In this document: positions 40,563 through 51,749 of the stretch, one piece after another | Numbering within the stretch: position 1 is the first letter of the stretch | Layout: each line of letters starts with the position of its first letter | NCBI GenBank assembly: GCA_963721455.1 | Contig: CAVRJG010000044.1 | Span: forward strand, 64,001-128,000 | Source: an uncultured Methanosarcinaceae archaeon | Lineage (GTDB): Archaea > Halobacteriota > Methanosarcinia > Methanosarcinales > Methanosarcinaceae | Length of the DNA stretch: 64,000 nucleotides | Direction of reading: 5' to 3' | Position numbers and translations under genes: made by a program | The notes under the pieces: generated by a model | Seen by the model: the letters and a program-made list of their open reading frames with translations, nothing else | Database searches by the model: none | What the model was told of the DNA's origin: nothing

Positions 40563-41839
40563 TTTTTCCTTTCATAGTCTTCGGATTTGAGGCCAGCCCT
40601 TTCGTCAAAAGACTTTACTGCCTCCAGCAAGTCCTGCTGGGTGAGTACTTTGCGTTCTTCCAGAAGAGCGCTCAGGACAGCTTCCCTTATGACCATACGC
40701 AAATCCGAACCTGAATATTCCTCTGTCAATTCCGCAATTTCCCCTGTATCAAAGTCCCCTTCGATGTGCCGGGTTACGATGTTCAGGATATTTTTACGCA
40801 TATCGAGGTCAGGGAGAGGGAAATGAACTATTTCGTCAAAACGCCTCCATGCCGCACTGTCAAGCATGCGGGGATGGTTGGTCGCGGCAATAAGGAGGAC
40901 TCCATGCTCCACGAGGCTGATTTCGTCTATGGCCTTAAGAAGAGTATTGACTGCCCTCTTGATGGCAGCATTTTCGTCAGACGTCCTCGCTTTTGCCATG
41001 AAATCCAGCTCATCTATAAAAAGAATGCAGGGATTCAATTTCTTTGCAAGCAAAAAGACTCTGTCGATGTTCTTTGCAGTCTCACCAAGGTACTGATCTG
41101 TTATCATGGAGAGTTTGACCTCAACAAACGGAATGGAGAGTTGCTCTGAAAGCGCACGGGCAACAGAGGTCTTTCCGGTTCCGGGAGGCCCGACGAAAAG
41201 AAGTTTTCCTATATCATGCAGGCCTATTTCCCGCAGGTATTCCCTGTGCTGGATGGCTTTCATGATCTTTTCAATTTCGTTCTCCTGCTCCTTGGTGAGT
41301 ACAAGATCCCTGATTTTTTGCTTTACATCCTCAGGGGCGACAATGACCACGAGTTTAAGCATCTCGTCACTTTTGTCTTCTTTCTTGATTTCAGCTATCA
41401 GGGACTCTACCCACTCCCTGTCAACTTCCTTTGGCCTTATTTTTGCCTTTGCAAGCGCATAATTTGCAGCTTTAACCTTCCTTATTTCTCCGAAATAGTA
41501 GGCCAAGACAGGGTTATTTTCAATCCGTTCCTGAGAACCTTCCTGCTTTTCAAGCCATTCCGCGGCAAGTTCGAAAGCACTCAGGCGAAGTTCAAAATGA
41601 GACTTATCAGTAACTATGAAAGGAACGTTCCTTACGATTTTTTCGAGGTCCTTAACCCCGTACAGTTTTTCGACCCTGATAAATGTAGCTGTAATGGGTT
41701 TGGGAACTGTTCTTTCTGTGCTGTTCCAGTAGTTTTTCCGAATATTCTTGGGGAGGTCGTTTACATCCAGCTCTGTATAGCGGTTATAGATCTCTGCGGT
41801 CAGCAGCAGTTCTACGATGTCTAGTATGGTGCCTGACAT
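40559..41839 (-). CDS. AAA+ ATPase with an archaeal N-terminal domain
   Basis: Walker A GPPGTGKT; Walker B ILFIDE; SRH ATNHP..LD.A..RRFD. Confidence 0.92.
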   Translation of the reverse strand: MSGTILDIVELLLTAEIYNRYTELDVNDLPKNIRKNYWNSTERTVPKPITATFIRVEKLYGVKDLEKIVRNVPFIVTDKSHFELRLSAFELAAEWLEKQEGSQERIENNPVLAYYFGEIRKVKAANYALAKAKIRPKEVDREWVESLIAEIKKEDKSDEMLKLVVIVAPEDVKQKIRDLVLTKEQENEIEKIMKAIQHREYLREIGLHDIGKLLFVGPPGTGKTSVARALSEQLSIPFVEVKLSMITDQYLGETAKNIDRVFLLAKKLNPCILFIDELDFMAKARTSDENAAIKRAVNTLLKAIDEISLVEHGVLLIAATNHPRMLDSAAWRRFDEIVHFPLPDLDMRKNILNIVTRHIEGDFDTGEIAELTEEYSGSDLRMVIREAVLSALLEERKVLTQQDLLEAVKSFDERAGLKSEDYERKK

Positions 41840-41873
41840 ATTTTTACCCGTTGCGTACTTAGATTAGTCCATT

Positions 41874-41915
41874 ATCAAGTGTTGGGCACTCAAATCAAGT
41901 GTTGGGCACTCAAAT
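41874..41915. repeat. 20-bp perfect tandem duplication
   Basis: ATCAAGTGTTGGGCACTCAA occurs twice in the AAA ATPase leader region. Confidence 0.9.
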
Positions 41916-42343
41916 GCGGTAGGTTCTTAAATCTTTATTTAAGTTGCTAAACCTAGTAATTGATTTTCTTCAAAGATAAAATTTACGAAGCAGCCGACAG
42001 TAAAGGGAGAAAGCCGGCTGGAGATGATAACTTTATCTAGCAGAAGACGTTATCATCTACTCTATCTCTTTCGGGAATTAAGAGCACATTTTTTGGAAAA
42101 AGCCTCTGCGGGCTCCGGAAAACACCTCAATTCCCAGAGAGTGGTTGTGAATTCTGGAAATGACCGGACCGCCTCCATGAAGTGTACTCGCTTTTCGGAG
42201 AGTATCCGATTTATTCGATTTGTTTCCGGAATGCCCAGCATTATCAAAACTTCTGCATTATCAGAACTCCTATATTAAAACTATCATTCCGAAGATCTCT
42301 CTATCTAAGGAAATCAAGAATTATCCCTAGAGAGGACCATTGC

Positions 42344-43057
42344 ATGACAAGAGAACAGCTCTATTCAGGGAAAGCAAAAACTATCTACAAGACAGATGAT
42401 CCTGACACCCTTATTGCCGAATTCCGAAATAGCCTGACTGCATTTAACGGAGAGAAAAAAGGGGAAATGGAAAAGAAAGGGTATTACAATGCCCAGATCT
42501 CAAAAAAGCTCTTTGAGATGCTCGAAGCAGAGGGAATTAAGACCCACTTTGTCGAAATGCTTTCAGACATTGATATGCTCGTGAAGAAAGTCGACATCAT
42601 AAAAATCGAAGTCATTGTCAGGAACATTGCCGCAGGCTCGATTACGAAAAAATACCCGATGAAAGAAGGCACTGTTTTCAAATCTCCTGTGCTCGTTTTT
42701 GATTTCAAGAGCGATGAGTACGGAGACCCCATGCTGAATGACGATATTGCTCTTGCGCTTGGGCTTGCAACACGGGAGGAACTTGCTACACTCCGGAAAC
42801 TCGCTCTGAGGGTCAACGAACTGCTTGTGCCCTATCTGGATGAAAAAGGTATCATGCTTCCTGATTTCAAGCTGGAGTTCGGAAGAAGGGATGGAGATAT
42901 TATCCTTGCAGACGAAATTTCCTGTGATACCTGCCGGTTCTGGGACAAGAAGACCGGGCAGTCCATGGATAAAGATGTCTTCAGGTTTAACAAAGGCGAC
43001 ATTTCCAAAGCTTACGAGGAAGTTGCCCGGCGCATCGTGCCCGAAATATTTGAATAA
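42344..43057 (+). CDS. purC: SAICAR synthetase
   Basis: [25 protein letters not shown] and [14 protein letters not shown]; ATG 42344 follows GAGG. Confidence 0.96.
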   Translation: MTREQLYSGKAKTIYKTDDPDTLIAEFRNSLTAFNGEKKGEMEKKGYYNAQISKKLFEMLEAEGIKTHFVEMLSDIDMLVKKVDIIKIEVIVRNIAAGSITKKYPMKEGTVFKSPVLVFDFKSDEYGDPMLNDDIALALGLATREELATLRKLALRVNELLVPYLDEKGIMLPDFKLEFGRRDGDIILADEISCDTCRFWDKKTGQSMDKDVFRFNKGDISKAYEEVARRIVPEIFE

Positions 43058-43137
43058 ATCTGATAAAAGTCTGCAAGCTTGAATAAGCCTGATAAGGCGT
43101 GGAAGCTTGAGTAAACCTGATAAAAACCTTCAAAGGC
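43050..43137. repeat. Degenerate 28-31 bp tandem repeat, three copies, overlapping the purC stop
   Basis: Units of the form TTGA.TAA..CTGATAA....AGC/GGC. Confidence 0.6.
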
Positions 43138-43210
43138 TTCTTTATTAATTTTTTAATAAAAATTCTTTTTACTTACACTATTTTGTTTTTAACTTTAGCT
43201 TTTAACTTTA

Positions 43211-44437
43211 TTATGCCTTAAAAAAGAAATCCAGCGTAGTTTGAAAACGGAAGTCAGAAAGCATCCTTGCCTGCTGCACCCATTCTGCTTTCGGTGTGCT
43301 TACCCTGCCTGCAAGGTCTGAAACTGCTGCTTCGAGAGAATCGAATTTTTTTGGAGGGTTTCGGAGAGCGTTTCTCATGCCTTCCCTGACAACCCAGACC
43401 CCAAGGGGAGCCCAGTAATCCGGAGTTATTTCCCTGAGCACGAAAACAGAAGCCTGTCTTTTGATTTCCGTAAGGTACTCAAGCACAGGCAGCCTTGCGG
43501 CATAATAACCTCCTGCCAGGGGAGAATATCCTTTTTTCCCTTCATGACCCTCACTGTCTTCCCCAATACAGCTTGATTCTCCAGACCAGACTGCTTTTGG
43601 GAGCCAGATTTCAATCAGTTCGAAGGAATAGGCCCTGGGAAGGATAAGGACTTCAAAATGGTTCCCGAAATGAGTCCCGCTAAAAAGCTGGATTTCCGAA
43701 ATCCATGAAAAGTCTTTTATGCGGTCTGCAAGTTCCTTTCCCGCCATATTATCCACGGCTGTGATTGACCAGCGAGTGGGCACGATTTTTCGTTCTTTTC
43801 CGAGCAGGCCAATTGAAAGCAGGCGTGTAATGTGTTCAGCCGAGACATCCCCTTTGTAGAGTTCAACAACAGCGTCTTTGGCCAGGGCGTCAGTATCATA
43901 GACAAGATAATCCACTTTTTTTGGGACATTCGGATTTTCTGCAAGCTCAAAGTTTTTCACAAGGCCGGAAGGGCCCATAGGTGTGAGCACTGCATCGAAT
44001 TTGAGCTCCTGTTTTGGAGTTTTGAAAAACCAGGCTTCAGTATCCACCGGCTTTCTGGAGAGAGCAAGCTCCTGAGCCTTTACAAGGAGGGGGTTTTCTT
44101 TGCTGCGTGCATCCTTTACATGCAGATTTGTGTTTGCCCTGACCAGACGGGAACGCATGGAGATTATGTCTTCAATCTGCATGTTCGCCCAGGCTGAAGG
44201 ATCTTCAAAAAGGGAGGCTTCGTTATCCTTTGCTAAAGGGGGAATGAGTGGGCCCGCAGACACCCTGGGGTAACCATAGCTTCCAACAAAAATAGCAGGG
44301 GGAGATGCTCCAAAAACAGAATCTCCTGAGATCACAGGAGCAATCGATTGTAAGGACTTAAATTTTACAAGGATTGGGCAGCGGGGACGCCCGCAAAGTC
44401 CTTTTCCTTTACATTTAATACACAATGTGCCATTCAC
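43211..44437 (-). CDS. nreA: Nre family DNA repair protein
   Basis: N-terminal C..CKG..LCG...CP, VPTRWSITAVD, GGYYAARL and C-terminal PIP-box QTTLDFFF. Confidence 0.9.
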   Translation of the reverse strand: MNGTLCIKCKGKGLCGRPRCPILVKFKSLQSIAPVISGDSVFGASPPAIFVGSYGYPRVSAGPLIPPLAKDNEASLFEDPSAWANMQIEDIISMRSRLVRANTNLHVKDARSKENPLLVKAQELALSRKPVDTEAWFFKTPKQELKFDAVLTPMGPSGLVKNFELAENPNVPKKVDYLVYDTDALAKDAVVELYKGDVSAEHITRLLSIGLLGKERKIVPTRWSITAVDNMAGKELADRIKDFSWISEIQLFSGTHFGNHFEVLILPRAYSFELIEIWLPKAVWSGESSCIGEDSEGHEGKKGYSPLAGGYYAARLPVLEYLTEIKRQASVFVLREITPDYWAPLGVWVVREGMRNALRNPPKKFDSLEAAVSDLAGRVSTPKAEWVQQARMLSDFRFQTTLDFFFKA

Positions 44438-44799
44438 TTTAAATCCGTATCCTCACATATGATACAGGCTTTAGCTTCAGGAGCATTCCTGTACAGCCAG
44501 CCGGATTTCTGAACAAAGCTGCAAATACCGCACATACCTTTTGCCTTTTCCGGAGAGGACAGACCTTGACTTAGAAGCACTGAAGCAAATTTTCGAATCT
44601 CGTACTGAGTCTCCTCGGAAAAACCAACCTCAGCCCCACGTTTTTCACTCACGTACTGGGATACCGCAGCCCTTGAAAGCTCCAGAGTGTCCGCTACATC
44701 CTGCTGCGTGCACCCATGATCAAAAATCATTGTCCTGGAAAGCTCGGCCCGGATTGCGGGCAAGACTTTCTGCACCATAATTTCACATGTTGTTTTCAT
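44434..44799 (-). CDS. HTH transcriptional regulator with Cys motifs
   Basis: CEIMV..VLPAIR, TQQ.VA..L.LSRAAVSQY...KRG and C..C motifs. Confidence 0.85.
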   Translation of the reverse strand: MKTTCEIMVQKVLPAIRAELSRTMIFDHGCTQQDVADTLELSRAAVSQYVSEKRGAEVGFSEETQYEIRKFASVLLSQGLSSPEKAKGMCGICSFVQKSGWLYRNAPEAKACIICEDTDLK

Positions 44800-45023
44800 G
44801 GGAGACCAACACCTGCATATACAAGAAAAGTTTACGAAACGTACCCGTCTGACCAATTATATACCCGGGTATTTGTGTTTTTCGATCAGGAACCACGTCT
44901 CCCTCGATACACCTCATAGAAAATGCATGCTATCGAAAAACCGGCAAAAATATATACAATTCCGAACCTGGAAATGTCACTACCATTTCTCAGGCCCGGT
45001 CTACCATGGGGGCTGGTCAGAGT

Positions 45024-45332
45024 TTAGTTTTTAATTTGCTCAGCAGAGAAACCCTTTTCCATGAGGACTTCTTTCATGCGGGTCAGATGGTTACCCTGAA
45101 GTTCCACAGTATTTCCTTTTACTGTACCCCCGCATGCAAACTTTGATTTAAGATAAGTTGACAGTTCATGAAGATCGATTTCACTGGCGTCGAAACCTTC
45201 TACAACGGTAACTTCTTTTCCGTATCTTCGTCTGTTAACTTTTACAGTAATTCTCTGTTGCTCTTTTGCAACCTCTTCGCATATGCAAAGTTCTTTTGGA
45301 AGCCCGCATACCGGGCACATTCCGCTGCTCAT
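45024..45332 (-). CDS. Translation initiation factor aIF1 (SUI1/YciH)
   Basis: CPVCGLP.ELCIC, RRYGK.VT and [10 protein letters not shown]...ELQG.H motifs. Confidence 0.95.
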   Translation of the reverse strand: MSSGMCPVCGLPKELCICEEVAKEQQRITVKVNRRRYGKEVTVVEGFDASEIDLHELSTYLKSKFACGGTVKGNTVELQGNHLTRMKEVLMEKGFSAEQIKN

Positions 45333-45870
45333 TTGTTGGTATATCCTCCAAATTTGTAATCATTGTTTATGTAATTTACATCTGAAAATAACTGAATAGA
45401 TATAAAGTACTTATCAATGATGATATTAAAGCCTAATGGTATTTTTCAGGCACTTTATGCTGAATTTCAGTTAATAGCCAGAAATTCCCAATCGCATAAA
45501 AAGCCAGCCAGGGCTTTGTTGTTTTTCAATTTATTTATATTAAATAGTATATAAGTTTATAGAGTAAAATTTAATTAAAATTTAATAATAGGGTGTTGAT
45601 TAAAGAATGCAGACATCAAGCGAAAAAGCTGGAGTTCTAAGGAGTATTCCAGGGGTAAACGCTCAGGAACTGAGTTTCAAGCCGAAAAGGAAAGACCCGA
45701 AAATCTCCATCTTTGCCATAAAGAGCTTTTCTTAGCCAGCAAGAAGTTAGATATATCTTGAATTCCATCTCTTCCTATAACCTATATAACCACATATATA
45801 TGCACTTCTATTATATAAATATATTAGTATAAAATTGTTGAATAAAGTCGTGAATATCCGGGGGCACCTG

Positions 45871-46110
45871 ATGAACGAATTAATAGGTTTTGTAAACGGA
45901 AATAATGTAAGGCAAAAAGTGCTCTCCTTACTTTCCTCAAAAGGAGAAATGGAAGGAAAAAGAATATCAAAGACCCTGAGAGTAGTATATCCAACCATCG
46001 CAAAAACTCTCGAAGAACTTGAGGAGAAAGAATTAATCACAAAAAAGGAAGAAATGTACTCCCTGACCGAAACCGGAGTAAAAGTGGAAAAAATGATCCA
46101 GCAAATCTAA
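45871..46110 (+). CDS. Small winged-HTH protein
   Basis: R.KVL..L and TL.ELEEKELI.....YSLT..G wHTH pattern. Confidence 0.75.
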   Translation: MNELIGFVNGNNVRQKVLSLLSSKGEMEGKRISKTLRVVYPTIAKTLEELEEKELITKKEEMYSLTETGVKVEKMIQQI

Positions 46111-46460
46111 TTTTTATCCACTTTATTTTAATTAAATCTACTTTTTTTTATCAGGGTCTTTTCCCAAAACCAATTTTACTCTCAATCAGTAAGAGTCTCA
46201 GGACCATCTTTCATGATAATCATGAGAAGAAACTCGACTGATTATTCGTAATAAGAGATTCAGAGAAGAAATTATGAATTTCTGGATCAGCTCTGACTTA
46301 TTTCCTTTCATCCAGTTCAATACTACTTTTCATCCAGTTCTACTTTTGTTCACTCAGTATAATATTTTTGCAGAAAAAAATGGATAAGGAAAATTCACTT
46401 TAGACTTATAACCAAGGAAAATACGTAAAACACGGAAAATTTCTGTCCCATAACTTAGTC

Positions 46461-46642
46461 CTCTCGAGCGAAGCGAGAAGGACAGCGCACTGCAGAGCCG
46501 CAACTCTGCCGAGAAGGACCGCGTACTGTTGCGATTACATCGCAACTCCCAGAAAATCTCCGATTTCCTGTGATCCCGAGGCGCAATTCGGGGAGCGAAG
46601 CAAAAAGGGCTCCGTCCTCCCGAGACAGGACTCGGGCGGGTT
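46461..46642. repeat. Modular palindromic intergenic repeat (REP/MITE-like)
   Basis: Three GAGAAGGAC/AAAAGGGC modules, each followed by a hairpin (CAGAG..CTCTG, TTGCGAT..ATCGCAA, CCCGAG..CTCGGG), plus TCCCGA..TCGGGA; a fragment recurs at about 1186-1208. Confidence 0.7.
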
Positions 46643-46786
46643 AGAAATATTTATCTAATCCTTGTCCCTTTATGTCGGCATAGTCTGTTAACGCTACACT
46701 GAAAATCCCGAATTTCAAGGAATGATTTATCAGAAAAAACCGAAGCTTCGGCATCCAAAAAAGGATTAAGAATCAGAGGCAAGGCA

Positions 46787-48934
46787 ATGTTACCTGAAGA
46801 AGACCTTAAGATCATAAAAAAAGAACTCGGGCGAGAGCCCACCCTGGTAGAACAGGGCTGCTTTTTAAATCTTTGGAGCGAACACTGCTCCTACCGCTCA
46901 AGTGCTCCTCTCCTGAAAACCTTCACTACTACGGGCGAAAATGTAATTATCGGCCCCGGGGACGATGCTGCAATCATAAAATTCGAAGATGGATACGTAC
47001 TTGCCATAGGAATGGAAAGCCACAACCACCCTTCATATGTAGACCCTTACAACGGAGCAGCGACGGGTATAGGAGGCATCGTGCGGGATATAATTTCCAT
47101 GGGAGCCCGCCCTATAGCCCTTATGGACCCCCTCTATTTCGGGCCTCTGGACACCCCAAAAAATCTATTTCTTTTCGAGCAGATAATTAAGGGAATTGCA
47201 GGGTATGGAAATTGCATAGGAGTGCCTGTGGTCAATGGTGAGACTTTCTTTGACAGGAAATACAGCGGAAATCCGCTTGTAAACGTGGTTGCAGTCGGGC
47301 TGTGCCGGGAAGAAACTATCGTGACTGCCCGCTCCCAGAAAGCCGGAAACAAGCTTGTGCTTGCAGGTTCCAGCACAGGAAAAGACGGACTTGGAGGAGC
47401 TTCCTTTGCTTCAAGGGACCTTTCCGAATCAGCCGAAGCCGAAGACCGCCCAAGCGTCCAGGTTGGAGATCCGTATACCGAAAAACTTGTAATAGAAATG
47501 ACCCTGGAAGCCATAGATAAAGGCTATGTAAAATCCTGCAAGGACCTTGGAGCTGCCGGTCTTGGTGGAGCAAGTTCGGAACTGGCTGTAAAGGGAGGGC
47601 TTGGAGCCCGTATTATTACAGATGCAGTGCCCCAGCGCGAACCCAATATGAACGCCTATGAAATCCTGCTTGCCGAGTCTCAGGAACGCATGCTCTTTGA
47701 AGTAGCCCCTGAAAACGTCGATGCCGTACTTGCTCTGGTCTCAAAGTATGACCTTAATGGGGCTGTAGTTGGGTATCTGACAGACGAGCCAAATTATACA
47801 GTTGAATTCAGGGGAGAAATCGTTGCTGACATTCCGATCGGTTTCCTGACCGGAGGAGCCCCGACCTGCGAGAAGCCGTCGATAGCCCCTGCTCCCCAGA
47901 CTGAAGAAGGCAAAAAACCCGAAACTCCGGAAGACCTGAAAGCAGCTTTCCTGAAAGTCCTGTCCTCCCATAACATTGCCTCAAAAGAATGGATCTACAG
48001 ACAATACGACCATGAGGTTCAGTTGAGAACGGTTGCCAAACCCGGAGAAGACTCTGGTGTGCTCAGGATTACCGATAAGAAAGGAATTGCACTCTCCTGT
48101 GGCTGCCAGCCAAGAGCTACCCTTCTTGACCCCTACAACGGGGGAAAGACCGCGATCATCGAAAACGCCATGAACCTTGCAGTAAAAGGTGCGGAAGGGC
48201 TTGCCATTGTAAACTGCCTGAACTTTGGAAACCCCGACCGTCCGGAAATTTACTGGCAGTTTAAAAACGCCGTACTTGGCCTTGGAGACGCGGCCAGAGA
48301 ACTCTCAATTCCAGTAGTGGGAGGAAATGTTTCTCTTTATAACGAAAGCGACGAGTTTAAGACTGCAATTCCCCCAACCCCTTCGATAGGGATGATAGGG
48401 AAAGTAGACCTTGAAACTCCCCTTCCCTCGGGTTTCTTTGCAAAATCCGGAGACAGCATTATCCTGGTAGGAGAAACAACGGCGGACATGGGTGGTTCCG
48501 AATATTATGCCTGCTTCGGTGCCCAGAATGCAGGAAAAGTTCCTCCTGTCCCGAAAAATGCCCAGGGGATAATAAAAGCAGTTATCGAAGCTGTCAAGAG
48601 CGGAAAACTCAGTTCGGCACATGACCTTTCCCTTGGAGGGATTGCTGCAGGGCTTGCAAAGATGTGTAGAGATGCCGGTGCAAAAGTAAACCTGAGTGAA
48701 ATTGCAGAAATGAAAGCTGATGAACTTTTGTTCTCAGAAGCTCCCGCAAGAGCTCTGCTTGCTACAGGCGAGCCCGACGCTGTACTGGAAATCCTCAAAA
48801 ATGTACCTCACACAGTCATCGGCAAGGTTGAAGGCAATACCCTGGAAATCAAAGGAAACGATTTTGAGAGTTTTCTTTCCCTGAAAGAGATTTCGGAAGC
48901 ATATGGCAGCCTTACAAAATTTATGATGGGGTAA
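46787..48934 (+). CDS. purL: Phosphoribosylformylglycinamidine synthase subunit PurL
   Basis: WSEHCSY, ESHNHPS, DLGAAGL, ESQERM, QYDHEV and GGNVSLYN motifs. Confidence 0.97.
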   Translation: MLPEEDLKIIKKELGREPTLVEQGCFLNLWSEHCSYRSSAPLLKTFTTTGENVIIGPGDDAAIIKFEDGYVLAIGMESHNHPSYVDPYNGAATGIGGIVRDIISMGARPIALMDPLYFGPLDTPKNLFLFEQIIKGIAGYGNCIGVPVVNGETFFDRKYSGNPLVNVVAVGLCREETIVTARSQKAGNKLVLAGSSTGKDGLGGASFASRDLSESAEAEDRPSVQVGDPYTEKLVIEMTLEAIDKGYVKSCKDLGAAGLGGASSELAVKGGLGARIITDAVPQREPNMNAYEILLAESQERMLFEVAPENVDAVLALVSKYDLNGAVVGYLTDEPNYTVEFRGEIVADIPIGFLTGGAPTCEKPSIAPAPQTEEGKKPETPEDLKAAFLKVLSSHNIASKEWIYRQYDHEVQLRTVAKPGEDSGVLRITDKKGIALSCGCQPRATLLDPYNGGKTAIIENAMNLAVKGAEGLAIVNCLNFGNPDRPEIYWQFKNAVLGLGDAARELSIPVVGGNVSLYNESDEFKTAIPPTPSIGMIGKVDLETPLPSGFFAKSGDSIILVGETTADMGGSEYYACFGAQNAGKVPPVPKNAQGIIKAVIEAVKSGKLSSAHDLSLGGIAAGLAKMCRDAGAKVNLSEIAEMKADELLFSEAPARALLATGEPDAVLEILKNVPHTVIGKVEGNTLEIKGNDFESFLSLKEISEAYGSLTKFMMG

Positions 48935-49389
48935 GATCTCATCTTTCTTTTTAACCTGTTATTTTTTATACGAGCTCCTGTTTCAGACAGGGAAGCAGTA
49001 ATCGAGGCGTTGAAAGCTCAGGGCAAGTGACAGGAAGAAAATCACACTGGGAATAAAACAAACGATAACGGAATGATAAAGAATACAGGAACATCCGGCA
49101 AGCAGAAAGTGAACTCTAATTTTACTGAGAAATCAAACACTACTCCTTTTATAAGCCCTGTCTGGGTACTTGCAGCGATGCTGGGGGCAGTCACGTCTGT
49201 AAGCCTGCCAATTACCAGGAGCAAAAATCTAATGCAAGAAAAAATTATACTGCTTTTGAACAGGAGAGTCGAAATTAAAATAATTACAAGTTCGTCCTTA
49301 TCTGTGGTATTTTTCCGATTCCACTGTAAAGTGCAAAATTGGATTCAAACAATAGTTTTTAGTAGGTTTCCGCACTAGATTACTTTGTT

Positions 49390-50526
49390 ATGAAAGCTGT
49401 ATGCATCTGTATGGGAGTGCATCTGCCTTACAGTCCCAAGTGGTACTGGCCTGTAGAGGGTTTTTCCGGGGTGCCTGAAATGGACCGGTATTTTGACCGG
49501 AATCATATTTTTTCAAGATTTTTAAAAACAAGCAGACAAGTTCTACGTCTTAATGACCTGATTCTGGAGTCCGTGGAAAAAGGAGGGAAATACTCCTTTG
49601 ATCTATCCGGGCCGTTTCTTGAACAATGCAGGTGGGACTCTGAAATTCTCGAATCTTTCCTCGAACTCGGGGAAAGCGGAAGTGTGGAATTTACAGGGAG
49701 TTGCAGTTATCATTCCCTGAGTTCGCTGTATCCCGATCTTTCCTGGTTTAAGGAGGAAGTGCTCAACCACAGGGAAATGCTTCGGGACCTGTTAGGAGTT
49801 ACCCCGGAGACTTTTGTAAATACCGAACTCCTGTACACTGAAAGGGTAGAAAGCATGCTTGCTGAGATGGGTTTCAGCTGCCTTATCGCCGAAGGGTCCA
49901 GGAACCTTATGAATGGATATGACCCTGTACACGTTTTTGAAAACCACCTTCCGACTCTGTTAAGGCATATAAACCTTAGCGAAGATCTTGAGCTGCGTTT
50001 TTCGGAAAAAAACTGGGAAGGGTACCCCCTTATTCCGGAAAAGTTCGCGGACTGGATTGCCAGTATGGAAGGGGACGTCCTGACCCTTTATTTAAATTAT
50101 ACAAATCTCTGCCTTCATTACAGGAATAAGAGTACGATAGCAGATTTTATCCGGAGTTTTCCGGAGGCCCTCAAAGTCCGGGGTATTGAAATGCTTACAC
50201 CGTCTGAAGCCGTAAAGAGGTTTGCGCCTTTAAGGCTCCCCACCCTGGGAACCGAACAAACGATCCGTTATGGAATGAATAACGCAGTAGGAAACCATGC
50301 CCAGCAGCTTTACCTGCGGGAACTGGTAAGAGTTGGAGATGAACTCTCGGGGCTTAAGGAAAATAAGGATTACCGGAAACTGAAACAGGTATTTGGTTAT
50401 CTCCAGCAGAGCGAAATACTCTTTTCTATGGACTCTGGAAACATAAGGGAAGGGTATGAAAGGGCTGTAAATTATTTTTCCATCCTGTCCGATTTCAGGA
50501 GAGCTGTCCTGGAGGAGGGAGCATGA
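49390..50526 (+). CDS. GH57 family protein, probably non-catalytic
   Basis: GH57 pattern (YHSL, NTEL, LSEDL..RFS), but HQP is HLP and the acid/base DYE is NYT. Confidence 0.8.
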   Translation: MKAVCICMGVHLPYSPKWYWPVEGFSGVPEMDRYFDRNHIFSRFLKTSRQVLRLNDLILESVEKGGKYSFDLSGPFLEQCRWDSEILESFLELGESGSVEFTGSCSYHSLSSLYPDLSWFKEEVLNHREMLRDLLGVTPETFVNTELLYTERVESMLAEMGFSCLIAEGSRNLMNGYDPVHVFENHLPTLLRHINLSEDLELRFSEKNWEGYPLIPEKFADWIASMEGDVLTLYLNYTNLCLHYRNKSTIADFIRSFPEALKVRGIEMLTPSEAVKRFAPLRLPTLGTEQTIRYGMNNAVGNHAQQLYLRELVRVGDELSGLKENKDYRKLKQVFGYLQQSEILFSMDSGNIREGYERAVNYFSILSDFRRAVLEEGA

Positions 50527-51719
50527 CCTCAGTTTGCATGTGTTTCCAGGTGCATCAGCCGTTCAGGCTGCGCAGGTTCTGGCCTGATGACAGGTCAGGT
50601 TTTTTCCGTTATTTTGACGAGAGAAGCAACAAGGAGATCTTTGAAAGAGTAGCCCGGAAATGCTATATCCCTGCAAACAGAGTCCTTCTGGATTCTCTTG
50701 ATGAGTATAGAGGAGAGTTCAGGTTTTCTCTTTCTGTTACAGGAACGCTGCTCGAACAATGCGAACTCTGGGGAAAAGAGGTGCTTGAAGGCTTCCGGCA
50801 GATGGCGGAAACAGGAGCAGTGGAATTCCTGGACGAGACATTTTATCATTCCCTCTCAAGCCTTTTTGAAGACAAAACAGAATTTATCGAAGAGATAAAG
50901 GAACACAGAGAACTTGTATTTGACCTTCTGGGGGTTAAACCTCAGGCATTCCGGAATACCGAACTGCTCTACAATAATACAATAGCAAAGATTGTTTCGG
51001 ATCTCGGTTACCGGGCAATTCTTACTGAAGGCGCGGACCATATGCTTGACGGAAGGTCTCCTAATGTGCTTTACAGAGCAAAAGGTTCAGGACTCCCCAT
51101 TATCTTCAGGAACTATAAGCTGAGTGACGATATCGGATACCGCTTTTCGGCAAGGTGGTGGGAAGGGTACCCTTTGACTGCGGAAAAATGGGCATCATGG
51201 GCTTCAGGGATTAACGAAGATTGCGTTAATATCTTTATGGATTATGAGACCTTTGGAGAGCACCAGTGGGAAGAAACCGGAATTTTTACATTTCTGCAAG
51301 AACTGCCTGGAGAAGTCCTCAAGACTCGCCTGAATTTCAGCACTCCTCTCGAGATTGTCGAAAAATACTCATCTGTAGCCGAGATAGATGTAGGGGATTT
51401 TTCCACAATTTCCTGGGCTGATACGGAACGTGATACCAGCGCATGGCTTGGAAACGATATGCAAAGACGTTGTTTTGAAGAGATGAAACTGCTTGAGCCC
51501 TTTGTAAAAAAAACAGGAGATCCTGAAATCTTACGTATATGGAAACACCTGCTGACCTCGGACCACTATTATTATATGTGTACCAAGTGGCTCGGGGATG
51601 GGGACGTACATTCTTATTTCAGCGTGCACTCCACACCTTTCGATGCAGCAGTCAATTTCATGGCCGTACTTATGGATTTCAAAGCCCAGGTATTCAGGAA
51701 ACTTAGCGCAATAGCTTAA
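50523..51719 (+). CDS. GH57 alpha-amylase/amylopullulanase
   Basis: HQP, FRNTEL nucleophile, FMDYETFGEH acid/base, SDHYYYM; 4-bp overlap with the upstream gene. Confidence 0.92.
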   Translation: MTSVCMCFQVHQPFRLRRFWPDDRSGFFRYFDERSNKEIFERVARKCYIPANRVLLDSLDEYRGEFRFSLSVTGTLLEQCELWGKEVLEGFRQMAETGAVEFLDETFYHSLSSLFEDKTEFIEEIKEHRELVFDLLGVKPQAFRNTELLYNNTIAKIVSDLGYRAILTEGADHMLDGRSPNVLYRAKGSGLPIIFRNYKLSDDIGYRFSARWWEGYPLTAEKWASWASGINEDCVNIFMDYETFGEHQWEETGIFTFLQELPGEVLKTRLNFSTPLEIVEKYSSVAEIDVGDFSTISWADTERDTSAWLGNDMQRRCFEEMKLLEPFVKKTGDPEILRIWKHLLTSDHYYYMCTKWLGDGDVHSYFSVHSTPFDAAVNFMAVLMDFKAQVFRKLSAIA

Positions 51720-51749
51720 TGAAATATACACATATTAATTCGTGGGAGT

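Noticed and set aside
42024-42343. Short ORFs and the N-terminal extension upstream of purC
   Set aside because: PurC homology starts at 42344; the short ORFs have no family signature
43050-43137. Triple 28-31 bp repeat considered as a mini-CRISPR
   Set aside because: The units are contiguous and degenerate, with no unique spacers and no cas genes
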